From contig OZ250165.1 in assembly GCA_965238005.1 (NCBI GenBank), positions 3,904,001 through 3,968,000 on the forward strand: a stretch of 64,000 nt of DNA, written 5' to 3'. The DNA is from Longimicrobiales bacterium. GTDB taxonomy: Bacteria; Gemmatimonadota; Gemmatimonadetes; Longimicrobiales; Gaopeijiaceae. A program made the position numbers and the translations under genes. Positions 10,215-19,600 of the stretch are shown in pieces (the first letter of the stretch is position 1; the number at the start of each line of letters is the position of its first letter). The notes below the pieces were generated by a model. That model saw only the letters and a program-made list of their open reading frames with translations, was not told the DNA's origin and searched no databases.

Positions 10215-11344
10215 GACCGTAAACCTAACGGTACTCGCCTGTGCCGATGCTGACAGCGACCAGAGTCGAACTCACGGCCTCATGCTTCAGCGGCATGAAT
10301 CTTCTCAGCCTGATTCCTCTGCCGGATCTCCAAAACAATATCCACCGAACATTCTTTTCAGTCGCCCAGGGAGCCTCGCAAGGTCTATGCATATCTAAAG
10401 GGTGCGTATGGGACCCTTTTGGGGGGCATCGGTTGGATTTGAGGAGCGGGATGAGGTTCGGAAGCTTCCCATGCAACCAGACCGAACACACTGCTGAAGA
10501 GGGCTGAGCAGATGCTGCGGTAACCGTCTATGAAGCTTCCTGAGGCTCCCTGCCTCCCCTGCTCTACTCTTGATCGATCCGATACTCCACTACCTCACCT
10601 CTCGGACGATAGTGGCTCGCATGGCCATACGTGTCCTCGATGCGCGCCACGCTCTTGTGCCCCATCTCCTTCGCGACGGTCCAGAGCGCGATTTGCCTCC
10701 CGCCATCTGTGGCCTGGAGACGTGCCGTGGCGTAGGTGTGGCGGAACTTGGTGAGTCGAGGCTCGGGCATTCCGGCTTTGGAAGCGATGATGCCCAACGA
10801 CTTCCGTAGATCGGTGATCATCTCTCCGGTGCGGCTGGGGAAGAGAAGCTCATCGGGACTCTGGCCTAGTTCCTCGACGTATGGCCGAAGAATCTCCTCA
10901 AGCTGTGGCCACAGCGGCACGGCTCGCTCACTCCACACACGCTTGAGCCCGCGATACCGGTTGGGCTGGATGCGAACCAGCTTGTTCTCTAATTCCATAT
11001 CGCTCACCAGCAGCCCGAGCACCTCACTCCGCCTGCCACCGGTAAGCAGGAACGTGGCTATCAACTCGTAATGGAGATCGAGTCTCCGGGCTGCATCAAG
11101 GAACTGGCCAGCCGCATCGATTTCATAGAACTCATCTGTCCGCTGCCGCGTCGGGGCGATGGAGGGCAAGCCGTGTAGCCCCCTGACGGGATTGTATCCG
11201 AGGGGGACAACCTCCATCTCTGGAGCTGTCCCGTTTCAGTGGACGGGTGAACACTGAGGTTTATAGTCTGTCCCCCTCGCTGGGGAGAGGAAAGCTTCCC
11301 CCGCGCAGCGGGGGAGTAAAGGGCAACTTGGCCACGCAGGTTTC

Positions 11345-12196
11345 TCATGCTGCCGCTCCGTGGCGACGCTCGAAGTTGATGGGCGACAGCTGACCCAGTG
11401 CCGAGTGTCGCCTCCGGGGGTTGTAGAAGCCCTCGATGAAGTCGAACACGGCCATCTTCGCCTCGGCCTGGGTCCGGAAGCGCTGCCGGTCGAGTAGCTC
11501 GCACTCGAGCGTCGCGAAGAAGCTCTCGCACATCGCGTTGTCGTAGGCGTCGCCCACGGAGCCCATCGAGGGCCGCACACCGACATCGTTGCAGCGTAGG
11601 CCGAAGGCGATCGAGGTGTACTGGGTTCCCTGATCACTGTGATGGATGACGCATTCGGGCCGGCGCTGCCAGGTCGCCATGTTCAGCGCGTCCAGGACGA
11701 GCTCGGTGCGCAGGTGCGTAGCCATCGACCACCCGACCACCCGCCTGCTCCAGACGTCGAGCACAACCGCGAGGTACAAGAACCCCGCCCAGGTCGGGAT
11801 GTAGGTGATGTCGGCCACCCACAACTGGTCTGGCCCGTCTGCGCTGAAGTCCCGCTCGATGAGATCCGGCGCGGGACGGGCGTCCTCGTTGCGCCTGGTC
11901 GTCTTCGGGCCGCGCCGCCTCCGGCTAGCTCCCACAATCTCGGCCTGCTTCATGAGCCGGCCCACCCGCTTCTCACCGACCCGCTCGCCAGCTTCCTTGA
12001 GGTCCGCGTAGATGCGGGGCCGGCCATAGACCCTTCGGTTCTCGCGCCAGACCGTCTCGATCCGCTCTGTGAGCTCCTCATCTCGCTTCGCCCGAGCCGA
12101 AGGCTCGCGATCCAACCAGGCGTAGTAGCCGCTGGGGGAGAGATCCAGCACACGGCACATCGCCCGCACAGGGAAGTCGGCCTGATTCGTCTTCAT
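11345..12196 (-). CDS. IS3 transposase OrfB
   Basis: rve DDE motifs. Confidence 0.95.
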   Translation of the reverse strand: MKTNQADFPVRAMCRVLDLSPSGYYAWLDREPSARAKRDEELTERIETVWRENRRVYGRPRIYADLKEAGERVGEKRVGRLMKQAEIVGASRRRRGPKTTRRNEDARPAPDLIERDFSADGPDQLWVADITYIPTWAGFLYLAVVLDVWSRRVVGWSMATHLRTELVLDALNMATWQRRPECVIHHSDQGTQYTSIAFGLRCNDVGVRPSMGSVGDAYDNAMCESFFATLECELLDRQRFRTQAEAKMAVFDFIEGFYNPRRRHSALGQLSPINFERRHGAAA

Positions 12197-12507
12197 GAAC
12201 TCGAACCCCGTTCCGGGATCGAGTTGCTCTCCCGAGCAAACCAGGCGGCGGCTTTTTTTAGAATCTCCTGCTCCATGCGCAGACGCTTGTTGTCACGCCG
12301 AAGCTGCCTGAGTTCCCCACGCTCCTCCGTCGTCAGCCCGTCACTGCGACGGCCTTCATCCAAGTCAGCTTGTTTGACCCAGTTCCGTATCGCCCCGTTT
12401 GAGGGCTCGAACTCCCGGGCCAGCTCCTCCACGGAGCGGCCCGACCTGACCAACTCGACCATCTGCCGCCGAAACTCCGGCGGGTACGGCGCATGTGTTC
12501 TTGGCAT
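12193..12507 (-). CDS. IS3 transposase OrfA
   Basis: YPPEFRRQMVELV HTH; EILKKAAAWFA. Confidence 0.95.
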   Translation of the reverse strand: MPRTHAPYPPEFRRQMVELVRSGRSVEELAREFEPSNGAIRNWVKQADLDEGRRSDGLTTEERGELRQLRRDNKRLRMEQEILKKAAAWFARESNSIPERGSSS

Positions 12508-13089
12508 CGTGGACTCCTCCTGTCTCCCTCACTACTGAGGTGTCCACCAAAGCGGGTCAACTCCACTCCTGTGCGTAACCGTAGAGTCCTGAGAGGGCGT
12601 GGAGGTGGTGACGCTGATTGCTCGTCGAGAGGTGTAAGAACCGATTCAGCCACTGGCGGACATCCCTTGGTCGAATCGTCGTCATGGATCGATCCACACC
12701 AAAGTACTCTACAGCCCGCCGAAGCCTGAGCCTGGTCTCCTTCAGCCACCTCTCGGTGACACCCTTGGGGTTGTCTCGAACGAACTGTTCGACGAACGCA
12801 CCCAGCGGCGTCCCGAAGCCTGTGCCCACGGCCCCGCCGAGTGCTCTAATTCGATCAGCGAAGAGTTGAGCGGCTTCGTCGTGGTTGGTGGTTGCCCGAC
12901 TCGATCCGGGCCTCCTCAGCGCCACTTGTCCGCCTCCAAGGTCACGCAAGTCGGCGTAGTAGCGATCCTCCCCGCCCTGATTCCTGGTGTATATTTTCGG
13001 CATCTGGGGCTCCTGTCGTTACTGTCGGATGACCCAAACGCGCAATGGTAAAGGCGGAAGCCCTTTGTATTAAAAGACTTTCAGCAATG

Positions 13090-13131
13090 CCCCGCCAGGG
13101 ACTCGAACCCCGAACCTACTGATTAAGAGTC
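13090..13131 (-). repeat. att site: copy of the tRNA-Lys 3' half
   Basis: 42 bp identical to 20062-20103; a degenerate copy of the downstream terminator follows at 13050-13087. Confidence 0.95.
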
Positions 13132-13248
13132 CGCTAGCAACATATACGCAGAGTGCCCGTGAGGTCCTCTAAGTTGTGGCGAGTTAGGGCGTTAGGGGGT
13201 CGGTTGTTCTCTCGAGCGGCCCGGAGATTCGACCAGTTTCGGGGAGTT

Positions 13249-13269
13249 TGGGGTCCCGGTTGGGGTCCC
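13249..13269 (+). repeat. TGGGGTCCC-N3-TGGGGTCCC site, copy 1 (putative integrase arm site)
   Basis: Same motif and orientation at 16518 and 19964. Confidence 0.75.
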
Positions 13270-13491
13270 ATCACGCTGATTATGGCATGGGCTTCCGCCA
13301 CGGTTTCGGAGAGCAGCGGATGGCTGAAAAGGCCTCTTGTCGCGGTGGTAGATTGAGACCAGGTTTCGTCAGCCTTTCTTCGATCTCCTAGCCTTGTGGC
13401 TCGCGCACTACGCCCGCGGTCACCACATTAGCCGCGCAGCAGAAGCGCAAGGCTGTGGGCGGCCCGCGGAGCCGGTGGGGTAAGTGGTGCA

Positions 13492-14355
13492 ATGGCCAAA
13501 ACGATCGCGAGCGCTTTCAGCCAGTTAAAGGCCAACTTGGAGATAACCGGACTACAAACCGCGACGGTGTCTACTCGCCAGAAGTACGTTCGGGAGGCTA
13601 TGGTGGATGGATTTGATATTCTCTCATCCTTCCTTTCAGGCTCGTACTCTAGGGCCACCATGATCGCGCCGCTGAAGCGCAGCGATGTCGACATATTTTT
13701 CGTTCTGCGTTCCAAGTACTTTGAGAAATATACTCCCGCGCAGATTCTCGATCGTGTACGGACTGTTCTTCTTCGGACCTACAGCCAGACGCCCAAGATC
13801 AGCCGCAACGGTCAAGCGGTAACGATCACGTTCAGAGACTTCAAGGTGGATGTGGTGCCCGGATTCAATCGCAGGGGTGGGGGCTATCTGATCCCGGACT
13901 CGATCGCAGGGGAGTGCATTCCGACCGATCCGAAGGTGCACGACACGACGCTCTCCGCAGCCAACAAGACGCATGGAGGCGATCTGGTGCCCCTGGTGAA
14001 GATGCTCAAGGGGTGGAACCGCGGGATCAACGACGGCTTCGTCGGTTTCTACTTAGAACTCCTGGCAAAGAAGGTGCTCACCAATGTCACGATCAGCGAC
14101 CTCTCGAGCGGAGTGCGTTTCGTCCTGGACAAGGGTCAAGACGACGTTCGGTACCAGATCACGGATCCTGCTGGCTATGGCTCTCACATCAACCCTCTGG
14201 CCAACGTCTCAACCGTCGAGGCTGCAGTGAGTCGTTTTGGTACCGCCTGTAATCGGGCCCGGAAGGCGGAGAATTTCGCGGAATCGGGTAAGATACCAGC
14301 TGCGTTTGAAGAGTGGCGCAAGATTTTCCCGCATTACTTCCCTAAATACGGCTAG
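13492..14355 (+). CDS. SMODS/CD-NTase nucleotidyltransferase (CBASS-type cyclase)
   Basis: SGSYSRATMI...SDVDIF, NGQAVTITF, VDVVPGF, YLIPD, TDPK, LVKMLKGWN, DPAG, WRKIF. Confidence 0.9.
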   Translation: MAKTIASAFSQLKANLEITGLQTATVSTRQKYVREAMVDGFDILSSFLSGSYSRATMIAPLKRSDVDIFFVLRSKYFEKYTPAQILDRVRTVLLRTYSQTPKISRNGQAVTITFRDFKVDVVPGFNRRGGGYLIPDSIAGECIPTDPKVHDTTLSAANKTHGGDLVPLVKMLKGWNRGINDGFVGFYLELLAKKVLTNVTISDLSSGVRFVLDKGQDDVRYQITDPAGYGSHINPLANVSTVEAAVSRFGTACNRARKAENFAESGKIPAAFEEWRKIFPHYFPKYG

Positions 14356-14359
14356 CTCG

Positions 14360-14872
14360 ATGTCCGAATCGGATGCGCTACAGCCCCTCTCCGTGGAGGC
14401 CTCCAGGGTTGAGGAGGATTCGCTCTACTCTGCCCGTGGCCATTTCGAGACCGCTCGATCGTGGTCCAAGACTCACTTGTCGCTTGGAATTCCCACTGCC
14501 GTGATTGCGGGGCTGTCCGGTGTCTCAGCACTGCAAGACGCACCCCTCCTCGCTGGCGGGCTAGCGATCATTGCTGCGGCTCTGGCGTCAGTGGCGACTT
14601 TCGTAAACCCGTCAGAACGTGCGGCCGCACACCACACCGCGGGCACGAAGTTCAACTCTCTTCGAAATCGAGCTCGCATCTTCCGCGAAATTGATCTCCC
14701 CGGTCCACTCTCCATCGGGGAGAAGACGGAACAGCTGAGGACGCTCAGTCAAGAGCGAGACGAAGCCAACGAGACGAGCCCTCAGATTACCCGACGCGCG
14801 TTTAAGAGAGCAAGAAAGGGAATCGAGGCAGGTGAGGCACGTTACGCGATAGACGAAGAGCCAGCGTCGTGA
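14360..14872 (+). CDS. SLATT-domain two-TM effector
   Basis: YSARGHF..A..W, LGIP, two hydrophobic helices, NPSERAAAHHTAG; 4 bp after the cyclase stop. Confidence 0.85.
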   Translation: MSESDALQPLSVEASRVEEDSLYSARGHFETARSWSKTHLSLGIPTAVIAGLSGVSALQDAPLLAGGLAIIAAALASVATFVNPSERAAAHHTAGTKFNSLRNRARIFREIDLPGPLSIGEKTEQLRTLSQERDEANETSPQITRRAFKRARKGIEAGEARYAIDEEPAS

Positions 14873-15756
14873 ACCCAGTTGCGGTCTCGTTCCAACGCTT
14901 GATCCTTAGGATCCAGCCACCCTCAAGGGCCGTAGCCGCTGCGCGTGGCCAAATCGAGTCTGTTCGGGCGTCGGTCGTCAGACATCTCCGAGCACCAGTA
15001 CGCCGCTTCGTCAACCTAGGAAGCTACCAGAAAGGCACCGGAATTCGCGGGCGCTCTGACGTCGATCTGCTGTTTGTGATTTCTCCGGAACACGTCTCTT
15101 GGGGCGGAGGGCACATCACTTCGACCGTTTAGCTCTTAGAGCGATTCCGTCGAGCGATCTCAGCGACCTACCCTACTACCTCCATCGGTCGGGATGGTCA
15201 GTCGGTGACAGTCCGATTCGCTCGAACCGGTGTGGACCTCGACATCGTGCCAGCAGTCGAAGCCGGAAAGGTCAAGAACGCCAACCTCTATTCCATCCCC
15301 GATGGCTCCGGAGGTTGGATGAATGTCGCGCCTTTGGCAGAACTGAGGCGCTTTAAGGTGGCGGATGGGGGTAGTGGCGGGAAGCTCAGAAGGGCGGTCC
15401 AACTCTTGAAGTGGTGGAAGCATTCTCGTGCAGATGAGGTGCGGATTAGGTCGTATTACGTCGAGCTCGTCCTGACGGTCGCCGGTGTCGCGAACGGTCC
15501 GAAACCGTATTCACATATCCTTTTGGATTCGCTCGGAGTACTTGCCGACCGGGGAGCTGCGGGAATGCGTGACCCTGACGGTCGAGTGGGGGTTACTGCT
15601 GCAGTGCCGCCACGAGGGAGTGCGGACCGGGTCGTTGAATCCTTACGCCGGGCTCGGGATTACGCGGCCGAAGCCGTATGGTACGAAGAACACGGCTCTA
15701 TGGAACGGGCGGTGACCAGGTGGAGGGTATTTTTCAACGGTAAGTTTCCAGCCTAG
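14869..15756 (+). pseudogene. Second SMODS/CD-NTase with an in-frame TAG at 15130-15132
   Basis: GSYQKGTGIRGRSDVDLL before the stop; same frame continues LLERFRRAISATYPTTSIGRDGQSVTVRF, DLDIVPA, YSIPDG, LLKWWK, RSYYVE, WRVFFNGKFP; GTGA overlap with SLATT gene. Confidence 0.88.
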
Positions 15757-15837
15757 ACCGCCGTCCATCTAACCTCGGGACATGTCCGGGGCCCACCATT
15801 CGAGTACGGAATCTTGGAACAGGACGGGGACTTGCTC

Positions 15838-16386
15838 ATGACGAATTCGGATGACATCAACTTCCTAACGAGACCCCTGATCGACGCGTACCTGGAGACC
15901 TGCGTTGCCCTCATGGTTCTCAAAATACCCCAGGTACAGGACTTGGTCGGCGCCAGTATTCCCGAAGAGGCGGTAGTGTCCACGTCATATGCGGCGGATC
16001 ACGAGAACCTGGTCATCAACGTCAGGGGGATGCTCGAGTCCATGAGGGCCGAGGGGCTGGACGACGTCAGGACCCTTCAACACTCGTTCCGTCAAACGAA
16101 CCGCATCTTCCTCGGCGCAATGTGGGATGCGCTGAAGCAGCATCGGCGTTTCGATGAGATCAAGACGGAACCGGTAGTGGAGTTCCTTAGACATGTTCGC
16201 AACGCGTCCTCGCACGGTGGGCGGCTGAACTTCGGGAAGCTGAAGCGTCCAGCGAATTGGCGAGACAAGGAGATAACCGAGTCGATGAGCGGGACGCCGG
16301 TGTTTCCTGACCTACTGCAAGACGGAGACCCCATCCTACTTGTGGTCGACATCAACAACGACTTCTTCGAGCCGATCAACATATGA
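15838..16386 (+). CDS. Hypothetical protein with HEPN-like RxxxxH motif
   Basis: EFLRHVRNASSHGG in a helical-looking context. Confidence 0.65.
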   Translation: MTNSDDINFLTRPLIDAYLETCVALMVLKIPQVQDLVGASIPEEAVVSTSYAADHENLVINVRGMLESMRAEGLDDVRTLQHSFRQTNRIFLGAMWDALKQHRRFDEIKTEPVVEFLRHVRNASSHGGRLNFGKLKRPANWRDKEITESMSGTPVFPDLLQDGDPILLVVDINNDFFEPINI

Positions 16387-16517
16387 GGGGGCTGAAGGCG
16401 GTGGGCGCGACCGAGGGCCTCATTCGCGACATGACCTCTCGAGCCGTTCGGAGGCGTGGTCAGGTCACACGAGTTCGCCTCCCATCCGCCGAGTTCCTCT
16501 CACGTAACCCGAGTTTT

Positions 16518-16538
16518 TGGGGTCCCACTTGGGGTCCC
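16518..16538 (+). repeat. TGGGGTCCC-N3-TGGGGTCCC site, copy 2
   Basis: Between the two convergent operons; similarity to copy 3 extends back to 16462. Confidence 0.8.
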
Positions 16539-16916
16539 ATAGGACACGGGATCGAGCCAGGGAGATCATGACCCGACGGTCCGCGGGCTAAGGTCAGGAA
16601 GTCAACGCCGGCAAGGCGGATGGGGTTTTCGCGGAGCACGGGCCCCCCAAAGCCTCAAATGTCATCCTCAACTTGCCAGATCTCGCAATACAAGCCGCAG
16701 TCCTGACAGCACCTGCCCATCATGGCCTCAAGGCGTACTACAAGTTGATCTGATGCCGCGGTTTCTCCCGGGACGGGCCGGGATCCTTGGAACATCCCGA
16801 ATTGGGATGGTCGCCTTCGCACAAGCTGGCCCAATTCTGGAAAGCCGGTGCGGACTCGCACGGAGTTGTGGGTGCGGCACAAGCCGTCGGCAAGGACGGC
16901 TTGACGACCCACGAAT

Positions 16917-17666
16917 CTACGCGTCGAGCAGCACCTCCAGCAGCTGTGCCTGTTCATGTTCCGAAGCGACGCTCTCCAGAACAACCACCGAGAGGGTTGC
17001 CCATCGCGCCGAGTACAGCCCGAGGCGAGTCACCTCTCCTTCAAGGAACCCGTCGACGCCGTACCGGTTAGCTAGCACCGCGTAAGCCAGCAGTTGGTGG
17101 ACATGGCGATCGGTTGTTCGCGCATCTGTGGAGGTCTTGAAGTCTACGAGCATGTCGTCGATCACGAGGTCAGCGTCGGCTCCCCCGACAGCGTTCGATC
17201 CATCGCCGAAGCTGGGACCGATCACCATCCGTTCATTGTACGAGAAAAGGTTCAGGTCGGTGATCGCCACGAGGGCAGCTACCTCACGACACACGGCCAA
17301 CGCCGAGGTTCTTCTTCCATCCGAGGGGGCATGCCCCCGGGCCCGGTGGTCGTGGTCGGTGAGTGTCATCAGCGCCCGACAGGCAGAGGCCGACCAATTG
17401 TCGGACGCCCAGGCCGTTTCCACGATCGCGATGTCGGGACTCGGATCGGTCTCACAATACCGTTCGAAGGGCAGCGGCCTTACCGGGAGGTCGTGTCGTC
17501 GACCAAGACCGATTCGGAGGGCGTAGTCAAACGCCGTACCTACGCACCGGGGTGGGGCAGTACTCTCAACCCGCAAGGGTTCCGACATGGGCGCAAATGG
17601 GTTGTTAGACAAGGCCTTGAAGGCCTCTTCCACAGCTTCAGTCCGGAGTAGCGCCGTGAGGCTCAT
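16917..17666 (-). CDS. PD-(D/E)XK nuclease-family protein
   Basis: VGTAFDY, GGADADLVIDDMLVDFKT, QLLAY (RecB/Cas4-like QxxxY). Confidence 0.75.
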   Translation of the reverse strand: MSLTALLRTEAVEEAFKALSNNPFAPMSEPLRVESTAPPRCVGTAFDYALRIGLGRRHDLPVRPLPFERYCETDPSPDIAIVETAWASDNWSASACRALMTLTDHDHRARGHAPSDGRRTSALAVCREVAALVAITDLNLFSYNERMVIGPSFGDGSNAVGGADADLVIDDMLVDFKTSTDARTTDRHVHQLLAYAVLANRYGVDGFLEGEVTRLGLYSARWATLSVVVLESVASEHEQAQLLEVLLDA

Positions 17667-18010
17667 CAGAGATCCATGCCCAGCGCCAAGGAGTAGACCA
17701 ACTCCACCAATTCCTCGATCCTCTCGTCCATATCGGGGATCTCACGCCTCTCGGGCGGCGGAACCCCGCGATGGGACGCCGAGCCGTGCCAGCGCAAGAG
17801 GGCCGAGAGGTCCAGCAGGGCTCGCCTCAGTGCCGCCCGGCGCTCGCGTGGCACCGCCTCGTGCAGATCCCGTTCGATCCAGGCTTCGATGGCCGCAGGG
17901 CCCAGGCCGGGTAGTGCGTTCCGAGCGAGTCCAGACGGCTTGTTTACGGCTCGGACGATTCGCCGTTCAAGTCGGACCCGCTCGACGAACGGGTGCCCGG
18001 CGCTAGGCAA
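17666..18010 (-). CDS. Hypothetical protein (114 aa)
   Basis: Overlaps both neighbours (TGATG with downstream gene); GGAGG RBS inside upstream gene. Confidence 0.7.
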   Translation of the reverse strand: MPSAGHPFVERVRLERRIVRAVNKPSGLARNALPGLGPAAIEAWIERDLHEAVPRERRAALRRALLDLSALLRWHGSASHRGVPPPERREIPDMDERIEELVELVYSLALGMDL

Positions 18011-18716
18011 CTGGCACTACCTCCAGAGATCGATCCAGCCAAGCCTGAATCCGCTCGCACAAGGACAACAGGGACTTGTAGTCGACGGCTGGCCCATGCG
18101 ATCCACGCTCCGAGGCTCGGCGACTCGTCACGAGCGCCTCGTATTCAGCCTCGCTAAGCGGACAACACAGGTGGGAACCTCCCTGGAGTCTAAGTGGAGC
18201 CCAGGGAGAGAAGTCCGGACGGCCCAGGTGGTCCGACAGCACGATTCCGGCATTACGTACTACCGTGCCCAGCACGCCAGTATCGTACTCGCCGCTGAGG
18301 TCGTCCAGGGTCAGAGACTCGACAATGTCCCTCAAGAGATCGCGCAGGGTCGCGAGGTCTCGATGGTGGTGCCGGTATGGTTGAAGCGAGGTGAGGCGAG
18401 TCTTGAGCCAACCGTTTCGGCTCAAGAGCTCCACACCCTCGAGCTTGAGATGAAGAGCAAACAGCGACGGCGGCTCCAGGATCGACTCGATGCCTTCCAA
18501 AGTGTACGTGGAAAAATCCACCGCAGTCGCGGATTCGGGGATCGATCGGCGCAGCGTCTCGACCAGTTCCAGATCGCCCTCGTCGGCCACCACCACCAGG
18601 ACGTCGATGTCGCTGCCGCTATCGCGTGTCCCGCGCGCGTGGGACCCGAACAGCCACACCTCCCATACTTTGTTGGGGAGTCCGAGGCCGCTCAGCTCTG
18701 TCGGATCGAAATCCAT
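18003..18716 (-). CDS. halB: Pol-beta-type nucleotidyltransferase, HalB-like
   Basis: LFGSHARG...SDIDVL, SLFALHLKLEG; overlaps the pentapeptide/channel gene. Confidence 0.75.
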   Translation of the reverse strand: MDFDPTELSGLGLPNKVWEVWLFGSHARGTRDSGSDIDVLVVVADEGDLELVETLRRSIPESATAVDFSTYTLEGIESILEPPSLFALHLKLEGVELLSRNGWLKTRLTSLQPYRHHHRDLATLRDLLRDIVESLTLDDLSGEYDTGVLGTVVRNAGIVLSDHLGRPDFSPWAPLRLQGGSHLCCPLSEAEYEALVTSRRASERGSHGPAVDYKSLLSLCERIQAWLDRSLEVVPVA

Positions 18717-19600
18717 CGATAAACGACGGCAGCCAGGACGCCCGTGTAGACGATGCCGAGAACGGCCTGAATCGTGCTTGGGATTTGGAAGTCGCTCGAC
18801 CCTCCATACGTGGCCGACGTCCCGGCGAATCCCCTCGCGCTGTGGAGGAGAGCCTCAGTCGCCGCCCCTACGATCGATGCTGCACTACCGTCAAAACCGA
18901 ACGCGCCAGCGTCGACGCCCAGATACCAACCAGCGAACGCGACCACCAGGACGAGGCCCAGCAAACCAATTTGCAGTAGGCTTTCGCCGTAGCCCCACAT
19001 CCAGCGTTCCATGTGGGAGACCACCAGGCGAAAGAAGGCTCCCACCCGGTCGAAATGACTGAATCGCGTCTTGAAGTAATCTTCCTTGTACCGAACCGTC
19101 GCCCACAACTGGCGCCGTCTCTGGTTCATTGATTCGAACAGGATCGACCGGGCCGAGGTCCCGTCTCCCTGCGTGATCGCATTCGTCCGGAGAGACTCCA
19201 GAACTTCGTGGCATACGTTAGGCCACTCGTATGGTAAGTGTGGACTCAGGGTGGCAAAGGGAATGGCGGTGTCTGACCATCTGGAGTAAGCAAACTTGCA
19301 TGCCGTGAACTGAACTTTGCGGAACTCGCAACCGGTGAACCTGCAGTCCTTGAAGTCGCAATGATCGAACGTCGTATGGCGGAAGTAACAGTCGACGAAC
19401 ACGCTGTGCGAAAAGTCGACGTGCTCGATCTCGCAATCTTCGAAGCGGACCCCCGTGAACAGGGCATACCTTAGAAGGCGGTTCTCTCCCTTCAATTGCA
19501 GCTCGACGTACCGCTCGTCTACAATGGCCGAGTTTTCCGATTCAGCGCCGAAGGGGCTCAGCGAGCCCTCGACCTTCTTCCGGGATCCCAGGTTGATCAC
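18692..19600 (-). CDS. halA: Pentapeptide-repeat plus two-TM ion-channel-like effector, HalA-like
   Basis: F-x4 repeats (FEDCE..DFSHSVFVDCYFRHTTFDHCDF), SLRTN...GD, WGYGES, TM-pore-TM C-terminus; GGAGG RBS. Confidence 0.75.
   Translation of the reverse strand: MINLGSRKKVEGSLSPFGAESENSAIVDERYVELQLKGENRLLRYALFTGVRFEDCEIEHVDFSHSVFVDCYFRHTTFDHCDFKDCRFTGCEFRKVQFTACKFAYSRWSDTAIPFATLSPHLPYEWPNVCHEVLESLRTNAITQGDGTSARSILFESMNQRRRQLWATVRYKEDYFKTRFSHFDRVGAFFRLVVSHMERWMWGYGESLLQIGLLGLVLVVAFAGWYLGVDAGAFGFDGSAASIVGAATEALLHSARGFAGTSATYGGSSDFQIPSTIQAVLGIVYTGVLAAVVYRWISIRQS

Larger units (their letters stand above)
11221..12565 (-). mobile_element. Complete IS3-family insertion sequence (1345 bp)
   Basis: TG...CA imperfect IRs (TGGAGCTGTCCCGTTTCAGTGGAC / TGGAGTTGACCCGCTTTGGTGGAC); 3-bp CTC target duplication; AAAAAAAG -1 frameshift motif at 12259-12252. 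Confidence 0.95.
10564..13003 (-). pseudogene. Tyrosine integrase interrupted by IS3
   Basis: N-part 13003-12566 and C-part 11217-10564 rejoin in frame (GYAQE|MEVVP, 363 aa) after removing the IS and one CTC; TGGRRSE, FRHTYAT, MGH, TYGH catalytic motifs; RBS AGGAG. Confidence 0.92.

Noticed and set aside
10408..10428. Fourth copy of the TGGGGTCCC doublet downstream of the integrase
   Set aside because: TGGGACCCTTTTGGGGGGCA is too degenerate to call by eye.
10564..13003. Integrase as the IntI for the attC sites
   Set aside because: No IntI-specific insertion is recognisable, it lies 7 kb away and it adjoins a tRNA att site like a phage/island integrase.
13088..13131. Second tRNA gene
   Set aside because: Only the 3' half is present; the D-arm and 5' acceptor strand are absent.
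16655..16984. Fifth gene of the Hailong-like operon
   Set aside because: No convincing start or recognisable motif, and it overlaps the nuclease gene out of frame.
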